A program made the translations under genes and the position numbers. This document shows, piece after piece, positions 32,234 through 41,643 of a stretch of 64,000 bases of DNA. Location of the stretch: the NCBI GenBank assembly GCA_038887515.1, contig JAWAKK010000001.1, positions 480,001 through 544,000 of the forward strand, in the 5' to 3' direction. The notes below the pieces were generated by a model. It had not been told where the DNA came from and ran no database searches. It was given only the letters and a program-made list of their open reading frames with translations. Within the stretch, counting starts at the first letter, position 1. Every line of letters starts with the position of its first letter. The DNA is from Candidatus Nezhaarchaeales archaeon (lineage in GTDB: Archaea > Thermoproteota > Methanomethylicia > Nezhaarchaeales > WYZ-LMO8).

Positions 32234-32584
32234 GTGAAGGAAAACTATAACAGGTATCACTTAGGGCTTCTCAACGAATATCGTAAAGATATGGTTCCGG
32301 TTTACTTAGATATAGCCCGTAGTATAAGAGGAGCAGTTGAAGAGCTGGTAAAAATTAAAGATTTAGTGACTAGCAAACGCAATAGTGGCAATATGCTTAT
32401 AAAGATGGGAATAGCCTGCCTGGCTTTCCCGGAACCGATAGTATCAAACATTGTTGGAGGATCGTTAGTAGCCCTTGGATACTGCATTAAGAGGGCGAAG
32501 AAGGGCTGTTACCTCGAAGGCGCTTTTGAAGCACTTAGAGAATTAAGACGTTTCCTAACAATCGATGTCCAGCAACTAGCTTAA
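32234..32584 (+). CDS. Hypothetical protein with hydrophobic hairpin (PEPIVSNIVGG)
   Basis: Fills the gap and is similar to 12933..13315. Confidence 0.6.
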   Translation: MKENYNRYHLGLLNEYRKDMVPVYLDIARSIRGAVEELVKIKDLVTSKRNSGNMLIKMGIACLAFPEPIVSNIVGGSLVALGYCIKRAKKGCYLEGAFEALRELRRFLTIDVQQLA

Positions 32585-32684
32585 GTACGCCACGAAAATG
32601 TGAAAGAAGCAGTTATTAGTTGTTTATGGTGAAAACTTCTTGTACAAGTGAGCCTACCATTATAGTTTAGAGGGGCCCTACAAA

Positions 32685-33665
32685 ATGGCTGAGTCTTATG
32701 AAGTATCGTCGAGAGAGATCGGAATATTGCGGGTTCTAAGTGAGTCGCCGGACCCCCTATCATCGCCTCTAATCAGACGAGAGCTTGAGAAGAGAGGGCT
32801 TTTCCTAAGCGATAGGACTATAAGATATCATCTCAAGTCCCTTGAGCTAAAGGGACTAGTTATGAGGCACGAGAAGGGTGGGAAGGTTATAACTGAAAAG
32901 GGCTTAGACGTTTTAAGCAGTGCTCTAGTGTCTCAAAGGGTAGGTTTCGTCGCGACGCGCTTCCTATCTATGGCTTACTCAGTTACATACGAACCGGATA
33001 GCAATACCGGAAAAGTAGTTGCAAACGTTTTAATTATGGACAAAAACTTTGGAGATAAAGCGCTGGAGATAATGAGAAGGCTCAAAGAGGCTGGCCTACT
33101 AACAGCCCCTTATGTAAGGATAGTGAATGAAGGTGAAGAATATCAAGGTATTTACGTTTCAAATGGGAGGATAGCGCTCTTAACGGTTTGTGACTTAACG
33201 ATCGACGGAATCCTGATACGCTCAGGTATCCCAGTATTCTTTAAGTATGGTGGACTAGTCCAGATCGTGAACAAAAGGCCTTTACGTTTCATAGAGCTTA
33301 TATCGTATGAAGGGACGACCATACCGCCACTTGAACTTCTAATACGTAGCGGATTAACGTCCGTTACCAAGGTATTGAAGACCGGAACTGGAGCTTTACC
33401 AGTGGCCTTGAGAGAGATAATAGCTGAGGCGAGGGACAAGACCCTCCAAGTGCTTTCGAAGCTAGCGGCTAAAGGGTGGAGTGGCATACTTTCAATATCG
33501 GCGCCTGACGAGCCAATTTTAGGTGTCCCAGTTTCGATGGGCAGATTCGGTTTATGCATGGTAGGGGGTTTAACTCTAGGAGCAGCTCTATTAGAAGAAG
33601 GGGTGAAGGTAGAAGTATTCAGTCCTCACTGCTTAACTCCACTAGAAAATATGAAAGAAGTATAA
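32685..33665 (+). CDS. nrpR: NrpR-family nitrogen regulator (wHTH plus one NRD/DUF128 domain)
   Basis: LSDRTIRYHL...ITEKG, RVGF, TVCDLTIDGIL, ELISYEGTT, VGGL. Confidence 0.85.
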   Translation: MAESYEVSSREIGILRVLSESPDPLSSPLIRRELEKRGLFLSDRTIRYHLKSLELKGLVMRHEKGGKVITEKGLDVLSSALVSQRVGFVATRFLSMAYSVTYEPDSNTGKVVANVLIMDKNFGDKALEIMRRLKEAGLLTAPYVRIVNEGEEYQGIYVSNGRIALLTVCDLTIDGILIRSGIPVFFKYGGLVQIVNKRPLRFIELISYEGTTIPPLELLIRSGLTSVTKVLKTGTGALPVALREIIAEARDKTLQVLSKLAAKGWSGILSISAPDEPILGVPVSMGRFGLCMVGGLTLGAALLEEGVKVEVFSPHCLTPLENMKEV

Positions 33666-33686
33666 AGAAGTATGAGGAGTTGCTAT

Positions 33687-35291
33687 TTAAGAAAGAAGGA
33701 ACTCAAGTATATAATCTTCTTCTTCTGGTAGAGGTATCCCCGTTACTTTAGCGGCTCTTTCGCTTAAAGCTATAAGGTCGCTCCTATCGATTAAGTTTAG
33801 CTTCCACTTCCTAGCTCCTGCCATCAACTGTTGTAAACCTACCTTTATCTTGTCTATGTAGGTGTAGAGACCTACAGCCCCCCAGGGTACCTCTTTAAGT
33901 TTCTCGCCAAGCCTAGCCTTGAGCTCTGGAAGCGTTATGAAGAACTTCTCAGGGCTATCGCCGAACAACTCTTGGAAGTGCCTCGGCAACTTACCATTCT
34001 CAGCAAGTTCTGCGAAGTATGAAGCCTTCATTATTGCTGTTAGCGGGGCCCTACCCATTAATATGGCCTTCACGTAAGGGACGCCTCCAAAGTTGCTCAT
34101 AGCTATGGCCTTGAACATCTGGGTCTCGTCGACGAAGCCACCAGCCATAACAATGTCGGGGATATACCTTCCCTTCTTCCTCAATGTCTCGGCGCACTTA
34201 AGGACTTGAGCTTCTAGGTATACCGTTGGCGTTCCCTGCTCGTTCATCATTGGCACAGGGCTCATTCCCGTACCACCTTCACATCCATCGAATACGATGT
34301 AATCCACCTTTGCTTCGGATGCAACCTTCATAGCAAAAGCTACTGCTTCAACGCTATAAGCACCAGTCTTTATGCCTATCTTCTTAGCTCCTTGCTCCCT
34401 CAATTTCATTATATCTTCTATAACATCTACTTCTCTGGGCATTCCGACCCTGCTATGCCTCTCAAACGTCTTGAAGATTCCCTGTCTAAATGCTTCCTTG
34501 ACGTTAGGGTCTTCGGGGTCGGGAATAACTATGTAGCCTCTCTTCTTCAGTTCAATAGCCCTTTCAAGGCTACTTATCCTGACCTCTCCCCCTATCGCTT
34601 TGGCTCCTTGACCCCACTTCCTCTCGATCACGTTCACTTCAAGCTTTGAAATAGCGTAGACGTCAACTCCAAGCCGCTGATCCTCAACGTTCGTCTGCAC
34701 AGCTACATCTCCGTATCTGCCATCCCAGAACTTCCTGAAAGCATCAACCCTCCTTTTAAGTTCAGGTGAGCTGACTACCTTGCCGCCCTCAAACATAGCT
34801 TGAGGATCCATTCCACAAATGTTTTCACCTATTATAACCATAATCCCCGAAAGAGCACCACCTATTGCTATGCTGTCCCAATGAACTCTAGCTACTTCAG
34901 TTGAACCATAAGCACCTATTACTAGCGGTACCTTGAGTGGAATACCGCCTACACTCGACTCAACGTCAACGTTAGGGAAAATGGCTACATCTGGGTCAGG
35001 CTCTATACCTTTAGCACCCAAGAGCCTGGCTTTTATGTTGAAATGAGACCAATCCAAGCCGTAATCTTTTACTGAAGATGCTGTACTCTTACCGAACATG
35101 TTTGGATCGGGGTAAAGCGCTTCGCGGCCCCTAAAAGCTGAGAGAGATACTTGGCATATGAATGGACATTCCCTAATGCATATAGGACATAAACCACTTG
35201 TTGGGCTCACGTCCTCAACTCTAGTAGCAGTATCTGTTGTAGACATCGAATTGAGGTAAGCGGAGTTCCTAAGAGGTGGCCGGCGAGGCAA
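33687..35291 (-). CDS. FMN-binding glutamate synthase family protein (stand-alone GltB domain 2-like)
   Basis: SGLCPICIREC, KWGQGAKAIGGE, FERHSRVG, DGCEGGTGMSP, GLQQLMAGARK. Confidence 0.88.
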   Translation of the reverse strand: MPRRPPLRNSAYLNSMSTTDTATRVEDVSPTSGLCPICIRECPFICQVSLSAFRGREALYPDPNMFGKSTASSVKDYGLDWSHFNIKARLLGAKGIEPDPDVAIFPNVDVESSVGGIPLKVPLVIGAYGSTEVARVHWDSIAIGGALSGIMVIIGENICGMDPQAMFEGGKVVSSPELKRRVDAFRKFWDGRYGDVAVQTNVEDQRLGVDVYAISKLEVNVIERKWGQGAKAIGGEVRISSLERAIELKKRGYIVIPDPEDPNVKEAFRQGIFKTFERHSRVGMPREVDVIEDIMKLREQGAKKIGIKTGAYSVEAVAFAMKVASEAKVDYIVFDGCEGGTGMSPVPMMNEQGTPTVYLEAQVLKCAETLRKKGRYIPDIVMAGGFVDETQMFKAIAMSNFGGVPYVKAILMGRAPLTAIMKASYFAELAENGKLPRHFQELFGDSPEKFFITLPELKARLGEKLKEVPWGAVGLYTYIDKIKVGLQQLMAGARKWKLNLIDRSDLIALSERAAKVTGIPLPEEEDYILEFLLS

Positions 35292-35305
35292 ACATTCACC
35301 ACCTG

Positions 35306-35318
35306 GCTAACGGTTAGC
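35306..35318. promoter_or_regulatory. Palindromic operator candidate between TATA box and RBS of the glutamate synthase gene
   Basis: gctaac-g-gttagc, with a TTTATA box near 35330-35335 on the minus strand. Confidence 0.4.
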
Positions 35319-35366
35319 ATTTGCCAAAATATAAATTTTTCGATTTTCTATCCTTAAATTAGGAGG

Positions 35367-36218
35367 CTAATGTGTAGCCTCATCTTTGCTTTCTTTCACT
35401 TCTTTATCTGATGGTTCAACGTGTATTGATACGTCTATTCCATCCTTTCTAAGCTCTTTCTCTACGACGTCAATTACGTTATGGGCTTCTTCAAGTGGCT
35501 TGCTAGAGGACAACCTTACGACCATATCTCCTTGATATACGTTTTCGAGAACCTTCCTGACCCTAAGTCTATGGACTTCTAAACCGTACTTATCTGCGTT
35601 TTCAAGGATCTTATCTATGACTCCTTTTGGGGCTACGTCGCTTATCGCTACTACAATCTCTTTAAAGCTATTTGCAAGCTCGATGAATAAGTAAAGGCTT
35701 AAAGCTATCGCCCCCACGTAATCTATGATGTAGCTTATTGCTACCCCACCTATGGATGAAGCTATGGATGTCGAGCTTTCTATAAGTTCTATAGTTGTAA
35801 AGCGAGCGTAGCTGATTGTAAGAGAGCGCGACCTAGCCACATATACTGCCAGTCCATAAGGAATTGTGGCGAGCACGGCAAAGATGGGAGCTTCGTAGCC
35901 GACCTTGTAGTCCCTTCCAAATGAAGCTATTAAGTCTAGGACTATTACGCCAGCAACAAATGAGTACATCATGAGCATTGATATTGGTCCTCCAAAAGTT
36001 AACCTATGATGGCCGTAGTGGTGGTCACTATCAGGAGGCTCCATACTGGCTTTAAAGAACTTCAAAACTAATATTATAGCCAAACTGTTGGCTATCGAAG
36101 TCAAGGCATCGACAAAAACCGACTTAGATCCGCCCACTATTCCTCCGCATATTTTCAACGCTCCTCCAATGAGGCTAAGGGTTACCAATATTGCTAAAGA
36201 CCTTTTAACGTTGTCCAC
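35367..36218 (-). CDS. Cation diffusion facilitator (CDF) transporter
   Basis: PPDSDHHYGH, C-terminal EEAHNVID...IHVEP. Confidence 0.9.
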   Translation of the reverse strand: MDNVKRSLAILVTLSLIGGALKICGGIVGGSKSVFVDALTSIANSLAIILVLKFFKASMEPPDSDHHYGHHRLTFGGPISMLMMYSFVAGVIVLDLIASFGRDYKVGYEAPIFAVLATIPYGLAVYVARSRSLTISYARFTTIELIESSTSIASSIGGVAISYIIDYVGAIALSLYLFIELANSFKEIVVAISDVAPKGVIDKILENADKYGLEVHRLRVRKVLENVYQGDMVVRLSSSKPLEEAHNVIDVVEKELRKDGIDVSIHVEPSDKEVKESKDEATH

Positions 36219-36461
36219 GTTTCTCTATTGAGGAGTCAGGGCAGCGAGATTTAAGTTTATAATAAGATTTCTATAACCTAATTTCGTGGTAAATTAAAGC
36301 CTTCAAAATATGGGAGACAGAATTTTCTAGAGGGTAAATGACAGAGGGTATTGCTTATTTACCGGCTTCGCAGAAACATTTTCCATCGTAGGTTCATCAT
36401 GAATTCGAAGTAACTATTTTTTATTCCAGTCTCCTTAATATTTACTAAGGTTAGTGAATTA

Positions 36462-37907
36462 GTGAGGTATATGAACAGCGAAAATAGTGAGAGAAGTCCA
36501 AGTGGGATACTAGGCTTAGACGAAATTATTGGAGGAGGCTTTCCTAGAGGTAGCTTAATAATGCTTGTGGGAGAACCGGGAACCGGGAAAACAACATTTT
36601 CTGCACAATTCTTATATCGTGGGGCGGTAGACTGCGGCGAAAAAGGTATCTACGTAAGCTTCGCTGAAGATAAAAAAAGCTTTCTTAAGAACATGTTATA
36701 CTTAGGCTTTAACTTTGAGGAACTAGAGAAGAGAGGCCTGTTTATTTTTAGGGAGTACTTAACTGTGAGGGAAACAGGGCTACCTGAAACCATAGACTCT
36801 ATACTCAGAGACGTGAGTACGTTTGAAGCCCGTAGGCTGGTGATAGATTCCTTTACTGCCTTAGCTCAAGCTTTTATGGAGCCCCACGAAGTCAGAGTAC
36901 TTCTTCACTCTCTATTGAGTAAGTTCATCAAGTTCCGAGGATGTACTTCAATAATAATAATCGAGAAGCCTTATGGAAAGAAAATGTTGGGTCTGGGGAT
37001 AGAGGAGTTCGTAGCAGACTGCATATTCCTTCTTAAAATATCCCGGTACTGCGGAAGAGGCGCTCGTGAACTAAAAATACTTAAAACAAAAGGTTCTCCA
37101 ACGTTCGAACGACACCTGTTCTTTACGCTTAAAGATGGCTTCAGAGTCTTACAGCCCTTTAAATTTAAGCACGTAGAGAAGCCGTGTAGGTTTAAACCGA
37201 GACCCGATACGGAGTTATGCTTCTCAACAGGATCGCGGGACCTCGACGAAATGCTTGGCGGAGGATACCCCAGAGGTTCTATAGTACTTGTAGATGTGGA
37301 TCCACGCGTAACAGCAGAATACCATTTGATAGTCACCCCAATCATATGGAACTTCATAGCTCAAGGAAGGGGTGTAATCATTACTCCCTCGCCCGGAGTA
37401 GACCATAACCTAGTAAGGAGGAGGATTGAAGGAGGAGGATTCACCAGAGATGAGATAAACAGGTTGCTTAGAGTATGTATTAAGAGATATCCCGAGTTCG
37501 AGCTAGAACAGTACATATACCTTCTCGAAGGTGAAGACCCTGAAAGAGACCTTTCAAATTGCTTCATGCTTGAAAGAGAATTAGCAAAGTTGACAGGTCA
37601 ACCAGTGTTGCGTTTAATCGGCGTCGACACACTTATGGACATATATGACCCTGAGAAAATACCATCAATATTTAGAGCCTTAGCCACATGGACAAAAAGT
37701 ACTAGTAGCTTGGGCATCGCAATACTAAAGCCGGGGACTCCAAGGTTACGGAAATTTGTCAGTGCAATAGCGGATTTACACTTGAAGGTGACAAGGAGAC
37801 ATGGAACGGTGCTGGTTTACGGTATAAAGCCTAGGACGAAGCTCCACGCCCTCGAAATGGATGTATCTGAAGGGTGTCCTATGCCAAGGCTGACCCCGAT
37901 AATATAA
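36462..37907 (+). CDS. KaiC-like two-domain RecA-fold ATPase (second domain degenerate, GvpD-like)
   Basis: SGILGLDEIIGGG, GEPGTGKT, LVIDS, EEFVAD. The second repeat STGSRDLDEMLGGG lacks Walker A. Confidence 0.85.
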   Translation: MRYMNSENSERSPSGILGLDEIIGGGFPRGSLIMLVGEPGTGKTTFSAQFLYRGAVDCGEKGIYVSFAEDKKSFLKNMLYLGFNFEELEKRGLFIFREYLTVRETGLPETIDSILRDVSTFEARRLVIDSFTALAQAFMEPHEVRVLLHSLLSKFIKFRGCTSIIIIEKPYGKKMLGLGIEEFVADCIFLLKISRYCGRGARELKILKTKGSPTFERHLFFTLKDGFRVLQPFKFKHVEKPCRFKPRPDTELCFSTGSRDLDEMLGGGYPRGSIVLVDVDPRVTAEYHLIVTPIIWNFIAQGRGVIITPSPGVDHNLVRRRIEGGGFTRDEINRLLRVCIKRYPEFELEQYIYLLEGEDPERDLSNCFMLERELAKLTGQPVLRLIGVDTLMDIYDPEKIPSIFRALATWTKSTSSLGIAILKPGTPRLRKFVSAIADLHLKVTRRHGTVLVYGIKPRTKLHALEMDVSEGCPMPRLTPII

Positions 37908-37945
37908 ACGGAGTGAAGCTTAAGAGTCGGGAAGCTTGAAGCACA

Positions 37946-38395
37946 CTAACACGTAGTGTAATCCCTTTTAACTCCAATCCAGTAGGACCCCTTATCCGTG
38001 TGCTCCTTCTTCCATATAGGAGCTTCGGCCTTTAATCTCTCTATGGCCTCTCGCAGAGCCTTGAAACCCTCTTCCCTATGCTCAGATGCTACGACTATAT
38101 AGACTGAGTCCTCTCCAACGGATAACGACCCTATGAAGTGGTGTATCTTAACGTCCACCACTCCTGGTATCTTCTTTAAGTCTTCAGCTATCTCCTCTAA
38201 CTTTGAGTTAACGGCTTCTACGTACGCTTCGTATTCGAGCTTAGAAACCTTGGATCCGTCTTCGGCAATCCCTCTGACAACACCGGTAAACGTCAGGATA
38301 CACCCTATCCTATAAGCTTGAGGGCCCTTCTTGACTTCATCTATGAGCTCTTGAAGAGACAAAGAGCCTTTGGGGTGAACCCCCACACTACGCAA
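37946..38395 (-). CDS. moaE: Molybdopterin synthase catalytic subunit
   Basis: FTGVVR, LEYEAY, HREEGF, APIWKKE. Confidence 0.93.
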   Translation of the reverse strand: MRSVGVHPKGSLSLQELIDEVKKGPQAYRIGCILTFTGVVRGIAEDGSKVSKLEYEAYVEAVNSKLEEIAEDLKKIPGVVDVKIHHFIGSLSVGEDSVYIVVASEHREEGFKALREAIERLKAEAPIWKKEHTDKGSYWIGVKRDYTTC

Positions 38396-38406
38396 GAAAG
38401 GGCCCC

Positions 38407-38745
38407 CTACGCAAGGTTTATTGTTATTTTAGAGGAAGATATCGTCACCTCAACCTCATCCCCTACATCTGGCTTTGGCTCTAGCTTCTCCCACTCCTCT
38501 TCAGATAACCATACGATCATTCTGGGAACCGTCACTTTACCTCCTCTAGCGAATGGTAGTGATTGAAGTATCTGATTGACTATTGGCATTACGTCCTTCA
38601 CTAAGTCTGAAGAATCTCCCCTCGACATAACGACGGGGGGCGGGGTTTCTTTCTCTTCTGCGAGTTCGATCTTTATCCCCCTACCTCCGAGGGGGTCGTT
38701 ATACATGGACTTGCTCAATACTATAGCCTTAAATTTTATCTCCAT
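38407..38745 (-). CDS. Arcadin-1 (arcade cluster cytoskeleton-associated protein)
   Basis: DPLGG...IKIELAEEKE...VMPIVNQILQSLPF.GGKVTVPRMIVWLSEEE...DVGDEVEV matches my recollection of Pyrobaculum arcadin-1. Confidence 0.85.
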   Translation of the reverse strand: MEIKFKAIVLSKSMYNDPLGGRGIKIELAEEKETPPPVVMSRGDSSDLVKDVMPIVNQILQSLPFARGGKVTVPRMIVWLSEEEWEKLEPKPDVGDEVEVTISSSKITINLA

Positions 38746-38803
38746 TTGTTACACCAAGTCAAATTCGGTTGCTAGGGATATTAACCTTGTGTGGTGTTAA
38801 TGC

Positions 38804-39790
38804 TTGAACATGAAGGTTGAAGAAAAGGCTCTTGAAGTCATGATTAAAGGACAGCTTGCAGCGCTACTTGAAGTATCTGCGTATCCCAAGCCTGGCAATG
38901 TCCATCGGCTTAGGGACAGATGGGGTAAAAAGTTTGAACACTTTGTTGCGGGTTCTGTGGCGATGGGACCCGCCATAAAGGAAGCTTTCGTAAAAGGCTA
39001 TAAGGCATGGCTCCGAGGAGACTTGAGCTCTATAAGGCTTGGGAAGCTAATTGAGAAGGCAATTAAGCTTCAGCTACATGCTCATAGTGTTGGAAATACT
39101 CATCTAGGAATAATCATGTTGTTCGTCCCCATAGCCTCTTCAACTCCTATCTGGATGGTAGAAGGCAATGAAGTACGAGAACTAGGAGAGCTAACGCTAA
39201 GAGTCCTTATGTCTACGACTCCAGCGGATACTAATGCTCTGCTGAGGGGTATTAGACTTTTAAGGCCCAGCGGTCTAGGCAGGCCGCCTAAGGGGTTGCC
39301 AGATGCTTTAAAAAAGCAGAAAAGCGACTTAACTCTATATGAAGTCCTAAAAGCTTCATCAAAGTGGGACGGCGTAGCCGAAGAACTTGTAAGTGGCTTA
39401 AGAAGTTGCCTAGAGATCGGATTGCCATTTCTAATTAAGACTTTCGAAGAGACTAAGAGTTTAAATGTTGCGATAGTTCACTGCTTCCTAAAGCTCCTAT
39501 CCCATAAGCCCGATACGCTCATAGCTAGAAACGTAGGGCTGGTTAAGGCTCCTCACGCTTCCATAGATAAAGCAATCAAGCTGGGAATGGAAGAAGCTAA
39601 GAGGGTCTCGAAGAGGGCTAAGGAGGCACTTGAAGCTGGAGGACTTACAACGAACGAAGGGAGAAAGCTCGTAGAAGAGTTAGATAAGGAGCTTGAATTT
39701 AAGGGGCCTACTCACAATCCTGGTACATCAGCTGACTTAACGGCTACAACAATATTCCTAGCTTTGCTGTCGGGGGCTAAGCTCCTATGA
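38804..39790 (+). CDS. citG: CitG-family triphosphoribosyl-dephospho-CoA synthase (archaeal type)
   Basis: LLEVSAYPKPGNVHR, NTHLG, PDTLIAR, NPGTSADL. Confidence 0.85.
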   Translation: MNMKVEEKALEVMIKGQLAALLEVSAYPKPGNVHRLRDRWGKKFEHFVAGSVAMGPAIKEAFVKGYKAWLRGDLSSIRLGKLIEKAIKLQLHAHSVGNTHLGIIMLFVPIASSTPIWMVEGNEVRELGELTLRVLMSTTPADTNALLRGIRLLRPSGLGRPPKGLPDALKKQKSDLTLYEVLKASSKWDGVAEELVSGLRSCLEIGLPFLIKTFEETKSLNVAIVHCFLKLLSHKPDTLIARNVGLVKAPHASIDKAIKLGMEEAKRVSKRAKEALEAGGLTTNEGRKLVEELDKELEFKGPTHNPGTSADLTATTIFLALLSGAKLL

Positions 39791-39799
39791 ATCTTAAGG

Positions 39800-40648
39800 C
39801 TACTCCGCTAGTATCTTTACTATTAATGGAAATATGTATTCTGCTACATCCCTTCTAGAGCCACCGCCAGTAATCACTATGTACCTGCCTTGGCAGGCTT
39901 CTTCGGCTATTGATTTTACTAGCTTAGCTAGCTCTAAGTAGAAGTTTGGAGTTAGCCCTCGGCTTCCGTAATCTCCTTCGCAAGTGTCATGACCGAAGAA
40001 GTGTATTATGGCATAAGGTTTAAACTCTATCGCTCGAGACCTAAAATGCTTTTCAACTAAACCTAAATACTCTTCGTCGCTAACGCTGGACCCTACTTCT
40101 ACGTCTATTTTTGTTCCATGGTTCTCTACAGTGTTTTTATTGCAGAAGCACACGTGAAGGACGTCTAGATCGCCTCTGAACATGGCTCTATCTCCATCAC
40201 CATGATGGCTGTCAGTATCGAGTATGGCGAACCTCCGAACGCCGAACTTCTCTCTAGCGTTAGCTATCATTGGACCAGTACAAGAAACGTAGGTTCCGCC
40301 CCAAGCATAGGAAGGTCCGGCATGATGCCCTGCAGCCACGTTAAACACGAGCGCGTTAACTATTTCTCCACGACAGATCCTTTCTAATGCTTCGACACAG
40401 CCACCAACAGAGTACAGGGCTCCTTCAGAGTACCACGCGGATAGCAAATCCATAACTACTCTCGGTGTATGAACCTTGTAAAGCAGCTTTTCATCGACCG
40501 GCTTAGGATCGTAAAGTTCAACGTTAGGGTTATTCAAGACCTCAACCATCACTTCGGGGAAATTCTTGAATTTATCACCTATAACTGGCCACTCCTTACC
40601 CTTTAGGGCCGAGCTAAAGAAAACACCAGTCCTAGGCATATGGCTCAT
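39800..40648 (-). CDS. Histone deacetylase-family (Zn-dependent amidohydrolase) protein
   Basis: AGHHAG, ILDTDSHHGDG, GHDT, TGGGS. Confidence 0.85.
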   Translation of the reverse strand: MSHMPRTGVFFSSALKGKEWPVIGDKFKNFPEVMVEVLNNPNVELYDPKPVDEKLLYKVHTPRVVMDLLSAWYSEGALYSVGGCVEALERICRGEIVNALVFNVAAGHHAGPSYAWGGTYVSCTGPMIANAREKFGVRRFAILDTDSHHGDGDRAMFRGDLDVLHVCFCNKNTVENHGTKIDVEVGSSVSDEEYLGLVEKHFRSRAIEFKPYAIIHFFGHDTCEGDYGSRGLTPNFYLELAKLVKSIAEEACQGRYIVITGGGSRRDVAEYIFPLIVKILAE

Positions 40649-40710
40649 CCCACTAGGTAAAGCAATGAGCTATCAAGAACCTATTTATACCGTCTTGGGT
40701 GCTAATTAGG

Positions 40711-41556
40711 TTATACCCGATTATATACCTTCTTTAATAGGAGAGCGTCGCCCTCTATATTTGGAGATTCGCTTATTATTACCCCTTCGACGGAATAGTC
40801 TTTAAGCGCCTTAACGAGCTCCACGTACTTGAAATCCGAGACTTCGAGGTCTAAGTGCTTTATCTCCCCTTTATCTCCATACTCTATACCTGAAAAGTGC
40901 ATGTGCATACTCTTTAAGGACTCTCTACCAAGTTCCTTCTCTAAGTAATTGAGTATTTCAATAAATTCTGCATAGCTATTGTACCTTCCCTTACCTCTTG
41001 CATGTATATGAGCGAAGTCTATGCATGGTAAGACGTTCTCGATTTCTTGGCTTAGTTTAACTACTTCTTCTAAACTTCCAAATTCTGCTAGGCCTCCAGA
41101 AGTTTCAGGTCGAATCCATACGTTTACTCCTTCATCAATTAAAGTACTAACTATTACCTTAAGTGCTTCCCTGACCTTGCTATAAACTATATCTGACGAA
41201 TCCTTACCATAGTACGCTGGGTGGAAGACTATGGACCACCCGCCCGCTTTATGTGTAACTCTTGCAGTCTCTAGTATCCTATCTATGCTCGCCTTAACCT
41301 TGGAGTGATCTGGAGAATTCAAGTTTATATAGTATGGGGCGTGAGCGGTTAGGACCACTTTAGCTGCTTCGCTTATGCTTCTAACTTTATAAGCGAGTTC
41401 GTCGCTCATCTTAACTCCTCTTACGAATTCAAGCTCCATTGCGTCGAGCTCGAGCTCCTTAACCCTCAAGATCCCGTTAATGCTCGTAGCAGGCTTGGGA
41501 GTACTTAAGGGTATGCCGGCAGTTCCGAAGAGTAGCCCATTAATTATCTTTCTCAA
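40711..41556 (-). CDS. nfo: Endonuclease IV (AP endonuclease family 2, TIM barrel)
   Basis: ELEFVRGV, HAPYYINL, FHPAYY, PETSG, PCIDFAH, HMHFSGI, SESP. Start chosen at TTG 41556, downstream of a G12 tract. Confidence 0.9.
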   Translation of the reverse strand: MRKIINGLLFGTAGIPLSTPKPATSINGILRVKELELDAMELEFVRGVKMSDELAYKVRSISEAAKVVLTAHAPYYINLNSPDHSKVKASIDRILETARVTHKAGGWSIVFHPAYYGKDSSDIVYSKVREALKVIVSTLIDEGVNVWIRPETSGGLAEFGSLEEVVKLSQEIENVLPCIDFAHIHARGKGRYNSYAEFIEILNYLEKELGRESLKSMHMHFSGIEYGDKGEIKHLDLEVSDFKYVELVKALKDYSVEGVIISESPNIEGDALLLKKVYNRV

Positions 41557-41643
41557 AATTTTATGGCCCCCCCCCCCCACTAAATGTCTTATGTAGGTAG
41601 AGACTTTAATTCTTGTCTTGGCATATTAAAGCACGCTGGCTTC

